The notes under the pieces are model-generated. The model saw only the letters and a program-made list of their open reading frames with translations. It was not told where the DNA came from and ran no database searches. This document shows positions 38,178-48,368 of a stretch of 58,819 nucleotides of DNA, in pieces. The stretch's first letter is position 1; the number at the start of each line of letters is the position of its first letter. Origin of the DNA: a virus (taxonomy: Duplodnaviria > Caudoviricetes). The stretch covers positions 1 through 58,819 of IMG/VR virus record IMGVR_UViG_3300037657_000011. One strand, 5' to 3'. Made by a program: the position numbers and the translations under genes.

Positions 38178-41100
38178 ATGGACAGCATCGAGAAAGAACC
38201 CGGCTACGACGTGCTGTTCGTGGATGAGCCGGACCTGCCCTATACCGACAACCCGTATCCTGACACCACATATCGGGCAACCAGCGATGATGACGGCTAT
38301 GTGATCTCGCGCTGCAACCCTGTATTTCAGGAGTTTACGCTGATCGAGGGCGTGTTTATCTCATCGGTATCGTGGTGGATGACCGCCTACAACAGTAACT
38401 TTCCTGACGATCCGGCGATTGTGCGCGTGGTTGTCGGCGCAAAGGATAGCGACACGCTGCCGTATTGGGGTGCTGGGCAGCCATTGGTTGACACTGTTGT
38501 CACTGTGCCGTCTATGGGGTTGAACACCGTGGTACAGAAGATCACGGTGGCAGTAAACCAGTATTTGCCTGCTGGTAAGTATGTGTTTGGGCTGATACCA
38601 GATCCAGAATCGGTACAAACGCTGTACGGATTCTCCGAAAAGAGCATCTATTCTGAGCCAACGTACACCAATGCGGGGGAACTGGAATACTACGGATTCA
38701 CATATCGCCTGTGCTTTGAGTTGCGCACGTACACGGGCGATAACCTGCCTGAAAGCCTGCCATTGATGCTGACCGAGGGCGGCGCGCTGGCGCTGCAGAA
38801 GGCGTATACCTCGCCATTCTCCGGGCAATTGGCACAAGGCACACTGACCGAACAAGACTTATCCACGTATAGGGCGCGCACACAGAATGATTGGAGTGGC
38901 GGTAGGGCGCTCGAAGCTGCGCCGGGACCGACAAACCGCTACCATGACGCGGATGTAGATGCGCGTTTCAAGGAAATGCTGGTGCTGGCGCCGCGCATGA
39001 TCAAGGCTGCCATGCCTGCGACTGGTCCATCATTCCTGCCGAGCGATGGCAACACGCACACCAGTTCCGCCACGGTGCAGGCGTATAACGCGGCTACGCT
39101 GCTGGATGTGCCGCAGTTCAAGGAGGACGCAGCGAACGTTGTTATATCCGATGCGTTTGGGACGGATGGGCTGAACAGACCGCGCAAGCTGCGCGCCATG
39201 TGGGAGGCTACGCGCTTCGCTCGATACCTGCCTGGGGATAAGCCAAGCCAAACGATCAGCACCCAACGGGCATATCTCAGCTACACCGAGAGCGCCGTGG
39301 AGATTCGCCAACCGCAGGACGGATGGTTTAACACGGGCAACATATCGAGTGAGGCGCGGTATGCGGAGAACGGGCGGATGCTGGCGCAGGGCGTGATCGT
39401 TTCGGATACGCAATATGAGCCATACGGCAACCAATCCCCGCGCACGTTGACGCATGTGCAGATCGAGATACGGACAATAACGCCTGGCGCAAGCGGGATC
39501 GGTACATTGGAGATACGCAGCGATGCCTTCCCTGCCACATGGAACAACAAAGATCAGGGCGCGCCGACTGGAACAATCCTCGCAAGCGGCACATTTACGT
39601 TGCCTGCGGCTGGCGGCGCGCTGGCATGGGTGACGGTGGCGCTTAGTGCTGACGTGGCGCTGGTGAGTGGCACTAAATACTGGATTGTGCTGCGGACGGC
39701 TGGCGATGGCGCTAAGGTGGTGTGGCAGTCCTACGCAGACGTGACGCAGAACAAGGCGCTGTATGGCGGTCACCCAACCGCAAACGCATGGTACGACTAT
39801 CGGGATGGCAGCGGCGCGGTGATGCACTACCAACACGCTTTCAAGTTGAGCAACGGCATAGCGTACACGAATGGCGTAGGGCGGGATGTTGCTCAGGCAG
39901 TGGTGATCGGGGGCGATGACATTGACGTTGATCGAGTGCGGATGCGGCTGAAACGTGAATCATGGGCTGGCGCATTTGTGGCGAAGCTGGAACTGCGGAC
40001 CGAGTTGAACGGGCAACCAAACGCGGACGATCTGATTAAGGAATGGGAGATTAGCAGCAGCACACTCACTACCAGTATGGCGTGGGTGGAGTTCACCATG
40101 ACCGAGGCTACGCTGTTGGCAGACACGACCTACTGGCTGATCTTGCGCGTGGGCAGTATGCAAACGGACGATGGGCGCGATGTAGCCTCTATTGCGTGGG
40201 AGTGCGACAGCTCCGGCAGATATGACGTGGAAGATAGTTACGCGGCGCAACGGCTGCGCGCTGCGGGGAGCAATACCGCATGGGTGGAACTGGCGAACAC
40301 GGATATGTTCTTCGCCATCGAGAACAAGGTGTTGAGCGCAACCAAGATCGCGCAGAGCGTGACGCTGGGCGCGGATGATGTAACGCTCTCTCAGGTGCAG
40401 CTACGGGTGAACCTTGCATCGCTGGAAGATTGGACAGGCAACGGCGTTGTGTATGTGTACGTGAGGGCAGATGACACCGATGAACCTCATGCCAGTACCA
40501 TCATGGCGCAGGGTGGGTTGACCAGGCAATCGGTGATAAACGCGGCTGCGGTGGGGTCGCCCAAGTGGGTGACTGTGCCAATGACCAACCTGGCAACTCC
40601 GCTTGTGGCTGGCACTAAATACTGGATCACCATAGAAGGTGTGGCGGCTGCTGCTGCGGATGCGGTGACACTGGCGATCTACAACGATCAGAACCAGCAA
40701 TACCCAAGTGGCAAAGCGATGTGGGCATTGTATGAAGATGACGCATGGGGCGACTGGACTGAGGCGTTTGCAGATGCGTTCTTCATCCTGAATAGCGGAC
40801 CGGTGCAGACTGGCGCGCCAGTCTATACAGCTACTCGGCTGGCACGGCAGTTCGTAACACCAGTAGGCGGTTTGACTGTGACCAAGATCAGCCTGCTCAT
40901 GGAACTGAGCGCGCTGACTGGAACACCCACTGTTAGCCTGAAGATATGCGCAGACGACACGGATGAGCCGGATTTAGATACCGTGGTGGCAACGGCGGCT
41001 ATCAGTCCATCCTCTCTGACACTGGCGCAAACGTGGCTGACTGTGCCAATTGCGGCGACGTTGGACGAGGAAACGGCATATTGGATTGTGGTCGAGGCAA

Positions 41101-43028
41101 CCAGCGCAGCGACACAACACGCATTTCGGGCGCGGTGGTACGGCGATCTGAACGGAGTTGATACCTCGGCGCTGGCGTTACAGGCGCAATGGCAAGGCGC
41201 GGCATGGCTGGGCTGGCAAGAGTGCATGGACTTGTATTACATCGTCAATGATGGCGATTCGTTTGACACAGACGTAACGGTGCATCCGGTGGTGTTTGGG
41301 ACAGGGCTATACCTCGCGGCTGGGCTAAAGGTTTACAAGTTCAATAACAGCACCCAGGTATGGGACGCACTCGCCACATTCACAGGGACAGCCGTGGTTA
41401 CGGCGATGGCAGAGTATGGCGGCAAGCTATGGTGTGCGCGTGGTGATAGCGCATACGTGAGGACGTATGACGGGACAAGCTGGGCAGATACAGCGGTGCA
41501 GTTTACGCACCTGCTGAACTACAACGGATACCTGAACGCGGCGAAGGCGGCTGGCGGCGCCGGGGCATTTGGATACTACAACGGCACGGACTGGACTACT
41601 GTGGCACTGGCAACCAGTTCATTGAAGATTACGGGGCTATTGGGGTATCAGTCGCGCTTCCTGATCACAACCGAAGTGGGGATATGGGAGCAATCCAGCG
41701 ACTTTGTACAGCAGATGTTGGACTACCAGCAGCAGCGATCGAGCGGGAACGGCGTGAATCCTATCGTGTGGATTGGTGACGGACTGGCATACATCCCCAT
41801 CCGGCACGGGCTGAACGCATGGAATCTTGCGGGGATGCGCCCAAGTGGTCTTGACCTGGATGAAGGGCTACCGGCTGGCTGGCAGGGACCCGTAAGCGCA
41901 ATGGTGGGGACACCCTCATGGTTGTTTGCGGCGGTGGATGCTGGCGCGTCGGGCTACTCCGGCGTGTATGCCAAGACTGTTGAGGGCGGCGGATGGCATC
42001 GGCTGATGGCTGCGCCGTTTCCGGGCAAGCGGATAAGGGCTATTGCGTTTGAGGCGGTGACACACGCAAGCGGGATACCGCGGCTGTGGGCGATGCTGGG
42101 CGCAGAGGCGTGGTACGTGGAGCTGCCGGACTACTCGAACAACCGCTACACCTATACCGGCAGCGAGTACCAGACAAGCGGGTCGCTGATCAGTGCATGG
42201 TGGGGCGGCGAGTTGTCGCAGATCGCTAAGGACTTCCAACAGATCAGCATTAAGTCCACGGGCTGCCGCCCTGGGTGCAGCGTGGATGTGTATATCGAAG
42301 TGGACAGGTCGGGCTACTGGACGCATTGCGGCACAGTGACGCGATCACCCTACCAAATGCTGCAACTGCGCACCAGCGCGATTGTGCCGAAGGTGATAGG
42401 CGAAGGGTCAACCGATCAGACGATTGTGATTGACATTGTGCGGAGTGCGCGGGTGTACGTGGCTGGATCATCGGGGCAAGAGGATTTGGTTAATGCTGAC
42501 AACAGCATATTGGATGACTTGCGTCCTGGCACGTTCATTCGGATTGGGGCAGAGGTGGCACAGGTGGCGAGTGTGGGGGTTGGGGAGATCACGCTGGCGA
42601 TGCCGTTACAGAACGGCGCGCCTGCGGCTGGGTCGAAACTGTACGGCAGTTCACCGGGTGGGCGCGAGATGCGCTACAAGCTGGTATTCAAGACCGACAC
42701 ACCCACGGATACACCTTGCGTACAGGGCGTGACGCTGCGGTATCAGGATCAGATATTGGGCAACGCTCGGTACTCGTTCACGGTGAGGATCGAGGACAAC
42801 ATGCGGATGCGCAACGGGGGCGAGTATCCGTACACGGCTGCGGAGCTGCGCGAACTACTGGACGACTGGATTAAGCGGCTGACACCTTTCAGGATGGTGC
42901 TGCCGGATAGCACAGGCAAGCGGGTGAAGATGCTGAACGCCAATGAATCGGACTTCACGCGGGACACGCTGCCGGATGCGGGGCTGTCGCTGCGGAGCAG
43001 AATGACATTTGGGGTAATCGAGGTGTAG
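38178..43028 (+). CDS. Large tail (nozzle-like) protein with 4-5 repeated beta-sandwich modules and a beta-propeller region
   Basis: Repeated AQ.V...W.TV...GTKYWI modules; propeller-like blades after ~41280; QNDWSGG motif. Confidence 0.65.
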   Translation: MDSIEKEPGYDVLFVDEPDLPYTDNPYPDTTYRATSDDDGYVISRCNPVFQEFTLIEGVFISSVSWWMTAYNSNFPDDPAIVRVVVGAKDSDTLPYWGAGQPLVDTVVTVPSMGLNTVVQKITVAVNQYLPAGKYVFGLIPDPESVQTLYGFSEKSIYSEPTYTNAGELEYYGFTYRLCFELRTYTGDNLPESLPLMLTEGGALALQKAYTSPFSGQLAQGTLTEQDLSTYRARTQNDWSGGRALEAAPGPTNRYHDADVDARFKEMLVLAPRMIKAAMPATGPSFLPSDGNTHTSSATVQAYNAATLLDVPQFKEDAANVVISDAFGTDGLNRPRKLRAMWEATRFARYLPGDKPSQTISTQRAYLSYTESAVEIRQPQDGWFNTGNISSEARYAENGRMLAQGVIVSDTQYEPYGNQSPRTLTHVQIEIRTITPGASGIGTLEIRSDAFPATWNNKDQGAPTGTILASGTFTLPAAGGALAWVTVALSADVALVSGTKYWIVLRTAGDGAKVVWQSYADVTQNKALYGGHPTANAWYDYRDGSGAVMHYQHAFKLSNGIAYTNGVGRDVAQAVVIGGDDIDVDRVRMRLKRESWAGAFVAKLELRTELNGQPNADDLIKEWEISSSTLTTSMAWVEFTMTEATLLADTTYWLILRVGSMQTDDGRDVASIAWECDSSGRYDVEDSYAAQRLRAAGSNTAWVELANTDMFFAIENKVLSATKIAQSVTLGADDVTLSQVQLRVNLASLEDWTGNGVVYVYVRADDTDEPHASTIMAQGGLTRQSVINAAAVGSPKWVTVPMTNLATPLVAGTKYWITIEGVAAAAADAVTLAIYNDQNQQYPSGKAMWALYEDDAWGDWTEAFADAFFILNSGPVQTGAPVYTATRLARQFVTPVGGLTVTKISLLMELSALTGTPTVSLKICADDTDEPDLDTVVATAAISPSSLTLAQTWLTVPIAATLDEETAYWIVVEATSAATQHAFRARWYGDLNGVDTSALALQAQWQGAAWLGWQECMDLYYIVNDGDSFDTDVTVHPVVFGTGLYLAAGLKVYKFNNSTQVWDALATFTGTAVVTAMAEYGGKLWCARGDSAYVRTYDGTSWADTAVQFTHLLNYNGYLNAAKAAGGAGAFGYYNGTDWTTVALATSSLKITGLLGYQSRFLITTEVGIWEQSSDFVQQMLDYQQQRSSGNGVNPIVWIGDGLAYIPIRHGLNAWNLAGMRPSGLDLDEGLPAGWQGPVSAMVGTPSWLFAAVDAGASGYSGVYAKTVEGGGWHRLMAAPFPGKRIRAIAFEAVTHASGIPRLWAMLGAEAWYVELPDYSNNRYTYTGSEYQTSGSLISAWWGGELSQIAKDFQQISIKSTGCRPGCSVDVYIEVDRSGYWTHCGTVTRSPYQMLQLRTSAIVPKVIGEGSTDQTIVIDIVRSARVYVAGSSGQEDLVNADNSILDDLRPGTFIRIGAEVAQVASVGVGEITLAMPLQNGAPAAGSKLYGSSPGGREMRYKLVFKTDTPTDTPCVQGVTLRYQDQILGNARYSFTVRIEDNMRMRNGGEYPYTAAELRELLDDWIKRLTPFRMVLPDSTGKRVKMLNANESDFTRDTLPDAGLSLRSRMTFGVIEV

Positions 43029-43030
43029 CG

Positions 43031-43132
43031 ATGATCATAATGCCAAACGTTTCTGTGGTGGCGGTGCTGGTGGTGTGGCTGGTGCTGGCGTTTGGCGTGG
43101 TGCTGTTGTTCGGGGATGAGAGGAAGCGATGA
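43031..43132 (+). CDS. Small TM peptide
   Basis: 33 aa, hydrophobic; ATGA-coupled to the next gene. Confidence 0.4.
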   Translation: MIIMPNVSVVAVLVVWLVLAFGVVLLFGDERKR

Positions 43133-43650
43133 AGGGACTAGCGAAACTCCCGGCACTAAAGCCACTGGCGGACTTGATCGCGCTCGAACCGGCGTGGGAC
43201 TTCGAGGAGCAGGTAAAGCGTGAGGACGAACGCATCCGGTCATGGGCTGCGCGAGTGGGGGAGGAACGCGCTAAGAGGGCGCAGGACATTTGGGAGCGTG
43301 GCAAACGCGGCGACACAGGGGCGCGATCTCGAACGCTGCCGGAACTGCTGGCAGAGGCGTTTCTGCGTGACCGCGCGAAAGACTACGCGGTGCAGGTCAA
43401 TCTCGGATGGGCGCATCCTGACTTTGCGGTGTTCGATGCCGTGGCTGGGGGCGTTATGGTTTGGCGGGTGCAAGGCACGTACTGGCACTCCGCCACAAGT
43501 TCAGCGGACGCAGGGCAGAAGGTGCGGCTGCTGGCGCACACGATACGGGGATTGCCCATTCTGAGCGTGGTGGACATTTGGGAGAAGCGCATTAACGAGA
43601 GCGATGGCGTGTTCGAGGCTGCGCTGCGCGGCGAGGAGATGCCTGGATGA
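43129..43650 (+). CDS. Vsr/DUF559-like endonuclease-fold protein
   Basis: TLPE...PDF...VQGTYWH...VVDIWE. Confidence 0.65.
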   Translation: MKGLAKLPALKPLADLIALEPAWDFEEQVKREDERIRSWAARVGEERAKRAQDIWERGKRGDTGARSRTLPELLAEAFLRDRAKDYAVQVNLGWAHPDFAVFDAVAGGVMVWRVQGTYWHSATSSADAGQKVRLLAHTIRGLPILSVVDIWEKRINESDGVFEAALRGEEMPG

Positions 43651-44480
43651 GCGATGAGGCACTAAAGCGAATCGCGGGGAACAGCATCTTGCGCATCCCG
43701 GCAGATAAGCGGCTGTCGTTTATCAACGGGCAGGGCGGCGAAGTGGCGTGGATCAATAGCCTGGGCGAAGCATCGTTCATCGGTACACTCGAAGTTGAGG
43801 GCGGCGTAATCGAGGGCGCGCTGTCGGTTGATCCGCCTACGTTCGTGGTGGATGCGGTGAATCATCGGGTGGGGATTGGCACGGCGACACCAGCGGCGAA
43901 GCTGCACGTAGAGGGGAGCGTGGCGCTTCCGGCAATCATCAGCGAGAGCGAACCGACACCAGTAGCCGGGATGCTGTGGGTGGATCCGCTGGCGGAGAGC
44001 GTAGGGAATTATCTACCGCTTGCAGGCGGACACCTGACAGGCAATATCACATTAGACGAAGGCGTGACTATTGATGGTGTTGACCTGAGCGAATTAGCTT
44101 TGACTGGTGACTACCTTCCGCTGACAGGCGGGACGATCAGCGGTACGTTGGATGTAACAGGAGCAATTACATCACCAGGCATTACCGCGCCATCCGAAGG
44201 CACAGTGATAGGCGGGGGTGCTACGCAGAAGTTGGGGTTTTGGGGAGCTGCGCCTATTGTGCAGCCAGCGGGTGCGGGGCAGAAGGCTCCTGCTGCATAT
44301 GCCACGGGCGCGTATGGGCTTAATAGCAATGCCAACATGCAGGCTTTATACGATCTGGTTGTGTCAATGCGCAGCGCGTTAGTTAGCGCAGGGATTATGA
44401 AGGGCGCAGCAGTAAGCGACACTGGCGGCGCGTTGTGGTTTGATCACGCGGAACAATCCGGGTTAATCAGCATACTTTAG
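43647..44480 (+). CDS. Tail fibre-like protein
   Basis: RVGIGTATPAAKLHV, YLPLAGG x2, QKLGFWGAAPIVQP. Confidence 0.7.
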   Translation: MSDEALKRIAGNSILRIPADKRLSFINGQGGEVAWINSLGEASFIGTLEVEGGVIEGALSVDPPTFVVDAVNHRVGIGTATPAAKLHVEGSVALPAIISESEPTPVAGMLWVDPLAESVGNYLPLAGGHLTGNITLDEGVTIDGVDLSELALTGDYLPLTGGTISGTLDVTGAITSPGITAPSEGTVIGGGATQKLGFWGAAPIVQPAGAGQKAPAAYATGAYGLNSNANMQALYDLVVSMRSALVSAGIMKGAAVSDTGGALWFDHAEQSGLISIL

Positions 44481-44489
44481 GAGATTAAT

Positions 44490-45260
44490 ATGGCAGATGT
44501 ACCACTGAAAGTACTAGATGCGGATAGCGTAGAAGCCTACATGGATACCACGGGCGAAGGGACAGCTATTGATCCACACAAGACGAAAACCGTGGTGGCG
44601 GGGGCGCTTCCGGCAGGCGACAACAATATCGGGAATGTGGATGTTGAGACATTGCCAGCCGTAAAGATAGACCAGGCGACTGCCAACGCCAACGAAGTAG
44701 TGACCAAGAGCGGGTCCGTGGTGGCGGATGCGGCGGTGCTTGCGAAGCTGGTGGAGGTATTGGCGAAACTTGCCGATGTGGACATTACCACTCTGCCGGC
44801 AATTCCTGCTGGCACAAACAACATTGGGGATGTGGATGTTGCTACATTGCCATCCGTAAAGATAGACCAAGCGACAGCCAACGCCAACGAAGTAGTGACT
44901 AAGAGCGGGTCCGTAAGCGCGGATTCAGGCGCGGGGTGGGCGACTGTGCGGGGGGTGAGTGGCGCGGCTGTGGTGAGTGCGGATGCGACTACGGCAACGG
45001 CGGTGACGGATGCGCCGACTGGTGGACAGAAGATTGTGATAACGGACATCATCTTCTCAAGCGACACGGAGATGAACCTGCTATTTGAGGAACAAGACAG
45101 CGGCACGGATGTGTTTAAGGTGTTTGTGCCAGCCAATGGCGCGGGGCAGATCACGCCGCGCGGCAAGTGCAAACTGGCTACGGCGGACAAGAAGCTGACG
45201 GTTAAGGCAAGCGCAGCGGGCAACATTGCGGTGACGGTGTTGTACTACTCGGAGGCATAA
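44490..45260 (+). CDS. Structural protein with internal ~98-bp duplication
   Basis: 44622-44719 repeated at 44817-44914 (NNIGxVDV...KSGSV). Confidence 0.7.
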   Translation: MADVPLKVLDADSVEAYMDTTGEGTAIDPHKTKTVVAGALPAGDNNIGNVDVETLPAVKIDQATANANEVVTKSGSVVADAAVLAKLVEVLAKLADVDITTLPAIPAGTNNIGDVDVATLPSVKIDQATANANEVVTKSGSVSADSGAGWATVRGVSGAAVVSADATTATAVTDAPTGGQKIVITDIIFSSDTEMNLLFEEQDSGTDVFKVFVPANGAGQITPRGKCKLATADKKLTVKASAAGNIAVTVLYYSEA

Positions 45261-45264
45261 AACT

Positions 45265-45525
45265 ATGGCGCGTGAGGTAAACGTAACCACTTCGGGATGG
45301 CGGGCGACTGGCGCGAATGTGTCCACGCCACAGTACGAGATGACGATCAAGTACGAGTGGGTGGATAACGCCGGAGTGAAGCACACTCAATCGCAGCTCG
45401 TGCGGTTTCCGAACATCCTGATAACGCTGGCTGGAACAAACGCAGGGAATGCCTCGTGGGTAGGCGAACAGATTAAAGGCGTCATTCTGGATGCGATACG
45501 CCGGTATTTGGGGGTGGATGAATGA
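45265..45525 (+). CDS. Hypothetical tail-module protein
   Basis: GGAGG RBS; coupled to the next gene. Confidence 0.65.
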   Translation: MAREVNVTTSGWRATGANVSTPQYEMTIKYEWVDNAGVKHTQSQLVRFPNILITLAGTNAGNASWVGEQIKGVILDAIRRYLGVDE

Positions 45526-46895
45526 CGACATACTTTGTTGGTCCGGGCGGGAACAATGCCAACAGCGGTTTAACGTATGCGCTGCGCAAGCTGACGATCA
45601 ACGGCGCGGAAGATGTGCCGGTGGCTGCGGGCGACACTGTGATTATTGCGCCCGGTATATATCATGAAACAGTCACAATTGACGTGAGCGGCGAGTCGGG
45701 CAGTCCGATTACCTACACGGGCGATGTGACTGGCAGGCTGACAGACGGGGTAGGCGGCGTGGTGTTCATTAGCGGGGCAGATTCACCGTACCAGACATTT
45801 GCGCGCAGCGCAGTGGTGAGTGGCACATCCAAGAATTACCGCACATTCAATAACATCGTATTTGATGGCACAACCGGAAATTCAGTACTAATTGCCAACG
45901 GCACGAACTGGACGGTTAATGATTGCGTGTTCATGCCCCAAGCGGTACTGCTTGCTAATGGCGCGTCACAAGCGGCACACGCTGTTAACAGGTGCGTGTT
46001 CTATGGGCACATTGCCAACAACTCGGTAAAGTTCACGCATACCAGCACAGTAGATAATGCCGGTCATACTGTCACGAATTGCTTGTTTCTAGGCGGAAAC
46101 AACCACGTTGTTGCGCAGCGTGTCGGCGGCATAGTCATCAATGGATGCACACACCTCTTTAACCGAGGTCAAGCCATCCAGATAGAAACCGCGCTCACAG
46201 CAGGGCAGACGGTGACGGTTAACAACTGCATAATCGCGCATGGGGTGAAGGGTTTGTCTGCGACGGCGGTGGGCGAGATCGTTGAAGACTACAACAACGT
46301 ATACAACAACGCCACGGACAGACAGAACGTTACCGCAGGAGCAAACTCCGTAGCATATATTCCGGGCTTTAATCCATCCCTGCTATTAGCTGGCTATAAC
46401 ATACACGAATCTATGTATTCCCTGTCGCCACAGTCCCCGCTACGGGCGATTGCTGGCACGTCTATGCCTGCTGCTGATCTGCGAGGAATGACGCGCCCAG
46501 CAACGGATTCTAAAAAGTCGTGGGGCACATATCAGTTTGTGGACGCATCGCGTTCTGAAACGCAGCGAACGGGCGCAACGGGCGCATCGCTCAAGCTGGC
46601 GGACGCGGGGCGTATTCAGTTGCGCGTGCCTGTTACCGCTGTATCTACTACATTCACAGTGAAGGTTTGGCGCGAGGCTGATTATGCGGGGACACTGCCG
46701 CAGATGATTGTCAAACAAGATGGCGTAGCTGACAGCGTGACGACTGACACCGGGGCGGCGGCGGGATGGAACACAGTTACCGTTACGCTGACACCTGCGG
46801 CGCTGCCGGGGTGGGTGGTGGTGGAATTGGTGTCGAATAACACCGCCACGGCTGACGACTACAACGTTTACTTTGAGGATTTTCAGGTGACTTAA
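45522..46895 (+). CDS. Right-handed beta-helix protein (tailspike/depolymerase-like)
   Basis: YFVGPGGNN.NSG...AGDTVIIAPGIYHETVT; repeated VNxCVF rungs. Confidence 0.75.
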   Translation: MTTYFVGPGGNNANSGLTYALRKLTINGAEDVPVAAGDTVIIAPGIYHETVTIDVSGESGSPITYTGDVTGRLTDGVGGVVFISGADSPYQTFARSAVVSGTSKNYRTFNNIVFDGTTGNSVLIANGTNWTVNDCVFMPQAVLLANGASQAAHAVNRCVFYGHIANNSVKFTHTSTVDNAGHTVTNCLFLGGNNHVVAQRVGGIVINGCTHLFNRGQAIQIETALTAGQTVTVNNCIIAHGVKGLSATAVGEIVEDYNNVYNNATDRQNVTAGANSVAYIPGFNPSLLLAGYNIHESMYSLSPQSPLRAIAGTSMPAADLRGMTRPATDSKKSWGTYQFVDASRSETQRTGATGASLKLADAGRIQLRVPVTAVSTTFTVKVWREADYAGTLPQMIVKQDGVADSVTTDTGAAAGWNTVTVTLTPAALPGWVVVELVSNNTATADDYNVYFEDFQVT

Positions 46896-46896
46896 T

Positions 46897-47100
46897 ATGG
46901 CGAATCCAGGTGATGCGGGAACGTTTGACTTTTGGCTGACCGATAGATGGTACTGGCAGACTGTACCTGCTAAGTCTGACAGTGGAACGTTTGACTTTTG
47001 GTTAACCGATAGGGTGTGGCTAGTGGCGGACTACATTGCGCCAGCGGCGGTATCACCCACACCTGTATTCATGCGCGCGCCGATGTGGGGGAGGTTCTAA
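46897..47100 (+). CDS. Small protein with GTFDFWLTDR duplicated
   Basis: 46918-46946 resembles 46984-47012; TAATG coupling to the next gene. Confidence 0.6.
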   Translation: MANPGDAGTFDFWLTDRWYWQTVPAKSDSGTFDFWLTDRVWLVADYIAPAAVSPTPVFMRAPMWGRF

Positions 47101-48368
47101 TGATTAGCATAATCACACCAGTACATGCAGCGAGTGCGAAGTATTTAGGGGAGGCATTTGATAGTCTGTGCAAGCAACAGATGACCGAATGGGAGTGGAT
47201 CATCGTCACGAACAATGGCGGCAGAGTTCCGGTATATGTCGCCCATGATGCGCGGGTGCGACTTGTACCCGGACCAGAAGGTAACTATAGAGAGCATGGC
47301 ACAATCGGCGCGCTCAAACGCAGGGCGGCGGAACGTGCCTCGAAGCCGATCATCGTGGAGCTGGATGCGGACGATATGCTCACGCCGGATGCGCTGAGTG
47401 AAGTGATGCTGGCGTTCTGTGATCCGCAGGTGCAGATGGTGTACTCCAACTCCGCGGAGTTCGAGGATGGCACATGGAAGCCACACGAGTACGGCGCATA
47501 TTGGGGATGGCAGGCGCGTGAATTCTGTTGGTATGGGCACGATCTGCGCGAGATGGTGGCATGGAAACCGAGCGCGCAGATGATGCGATCAGTTCATTTT
47601 GCCCCAAACCATATACGGGCATGGCGGCAGAGTGCATATATGGCGGTGGGTGGGCATGACACAACGATCAAAACAGGCGATGACCATGACCTGTGTATGC
47701 GCTTCTATATCACCTATGGCGCGAAGGGCATACGGCACATAGACAAGTGCCTCTATCTATATCGCCTGCACGGTGACAATTCCAGCGTGACGCATAACGC
47801 GGATGTGCTGGCGCAGTCTGAGCGCAACTACATCCGGCATCGCACAGGTTGCGTCATCCGGTGGGCAGCGGACGAAGGGCTGGCGATGCTAGACCTGGGC
47901 GGGAGATTCAACGCATGGGATGGGTTTACCACGGTTGATCTGCATGACGCGGATGTGAACTGCGATCTAAACGGCAGATGGGCGTTTGAGGATGGCAGCG
48001 TAGGCGTGATACGGGCGGCGCATATCTTCGAGCATTTGCGGGATCCCATTCACACGATGAATGAGGCGTATCGGGTGCTTGCACCTGGCGGGTGGCTCCT
48101 GGCAGAAGTGCCGTCCACGGATGGACGCGGCGCATTTCAGGACCCAACACATGTGTCATGGTGGAATAGCAATAGCTTCTGGTACTACACAAACCAGAAT
48201 TGGGCGCGGTTTATCCAGCCTGCATATACGGGGAGATTCCAGACGGCGCGAGTGGTGACGTTCTATCCAACTGAGTTCGAGCAACTACATCAGATACCGA
48301 TTGTGCAGGCTGATCTGATCGCGCTGAAGCCGGGCTATGACAGACCTGTGGGAGAGGTATTGATATAG
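47100..48368 (+). CDS. GT2 glycosyltransferase fused to a class I methyltransferase
   Basis: ISIITP...WEWIIV...ELDADD...GDDHDL; C-terminal LDLGG...HIFEHL...EAYRVLAPGG...DPTH. Confidence 0.88.
   Translation: MISIITPVHAASAKYLGEAFDSLCKQQMTEWEWIIVTNNGGRVPVYVAHDARVRLVPGPEGNYREHGTIGALKRRAAERASKPIIVELDADDMLTPDALSEVMLAFCDPQVQMVYSNSAEFEDGTWKPHEYGAYWGWQAREFCWYGHDLREMVAWKPSAQMMRSVHFAPNHIRAWRQSAYMAVGGHDTTIKTGDDHDLCMRFYITYGAKGIRHIDKCLYLYRLHGDNSSVTHNADVLAQSERNYIRHRTGCVIRWAADEGLAMLDLGGRFNAWDGFTTVDLHDADVNCDLNGRWAFEDGSVGVIRAAHIFEHLRDPIHTMNEAYRVLAPGGWLLAEVPSTDGRGAFQDPTHVSWWNSNSFWYYTNQNWARFIQPAYTGRFQTARVVTFYPTEFEQLHQIPIVQADLIALKPGYDRPVGEVLI

Noticed and set aside
44622-44914. DGR template/variable repeat pair (also considered for the terL duplication and 46918-47012)
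   Set aside because: Differences are not adenine-specific and no reverse transcriptase is present
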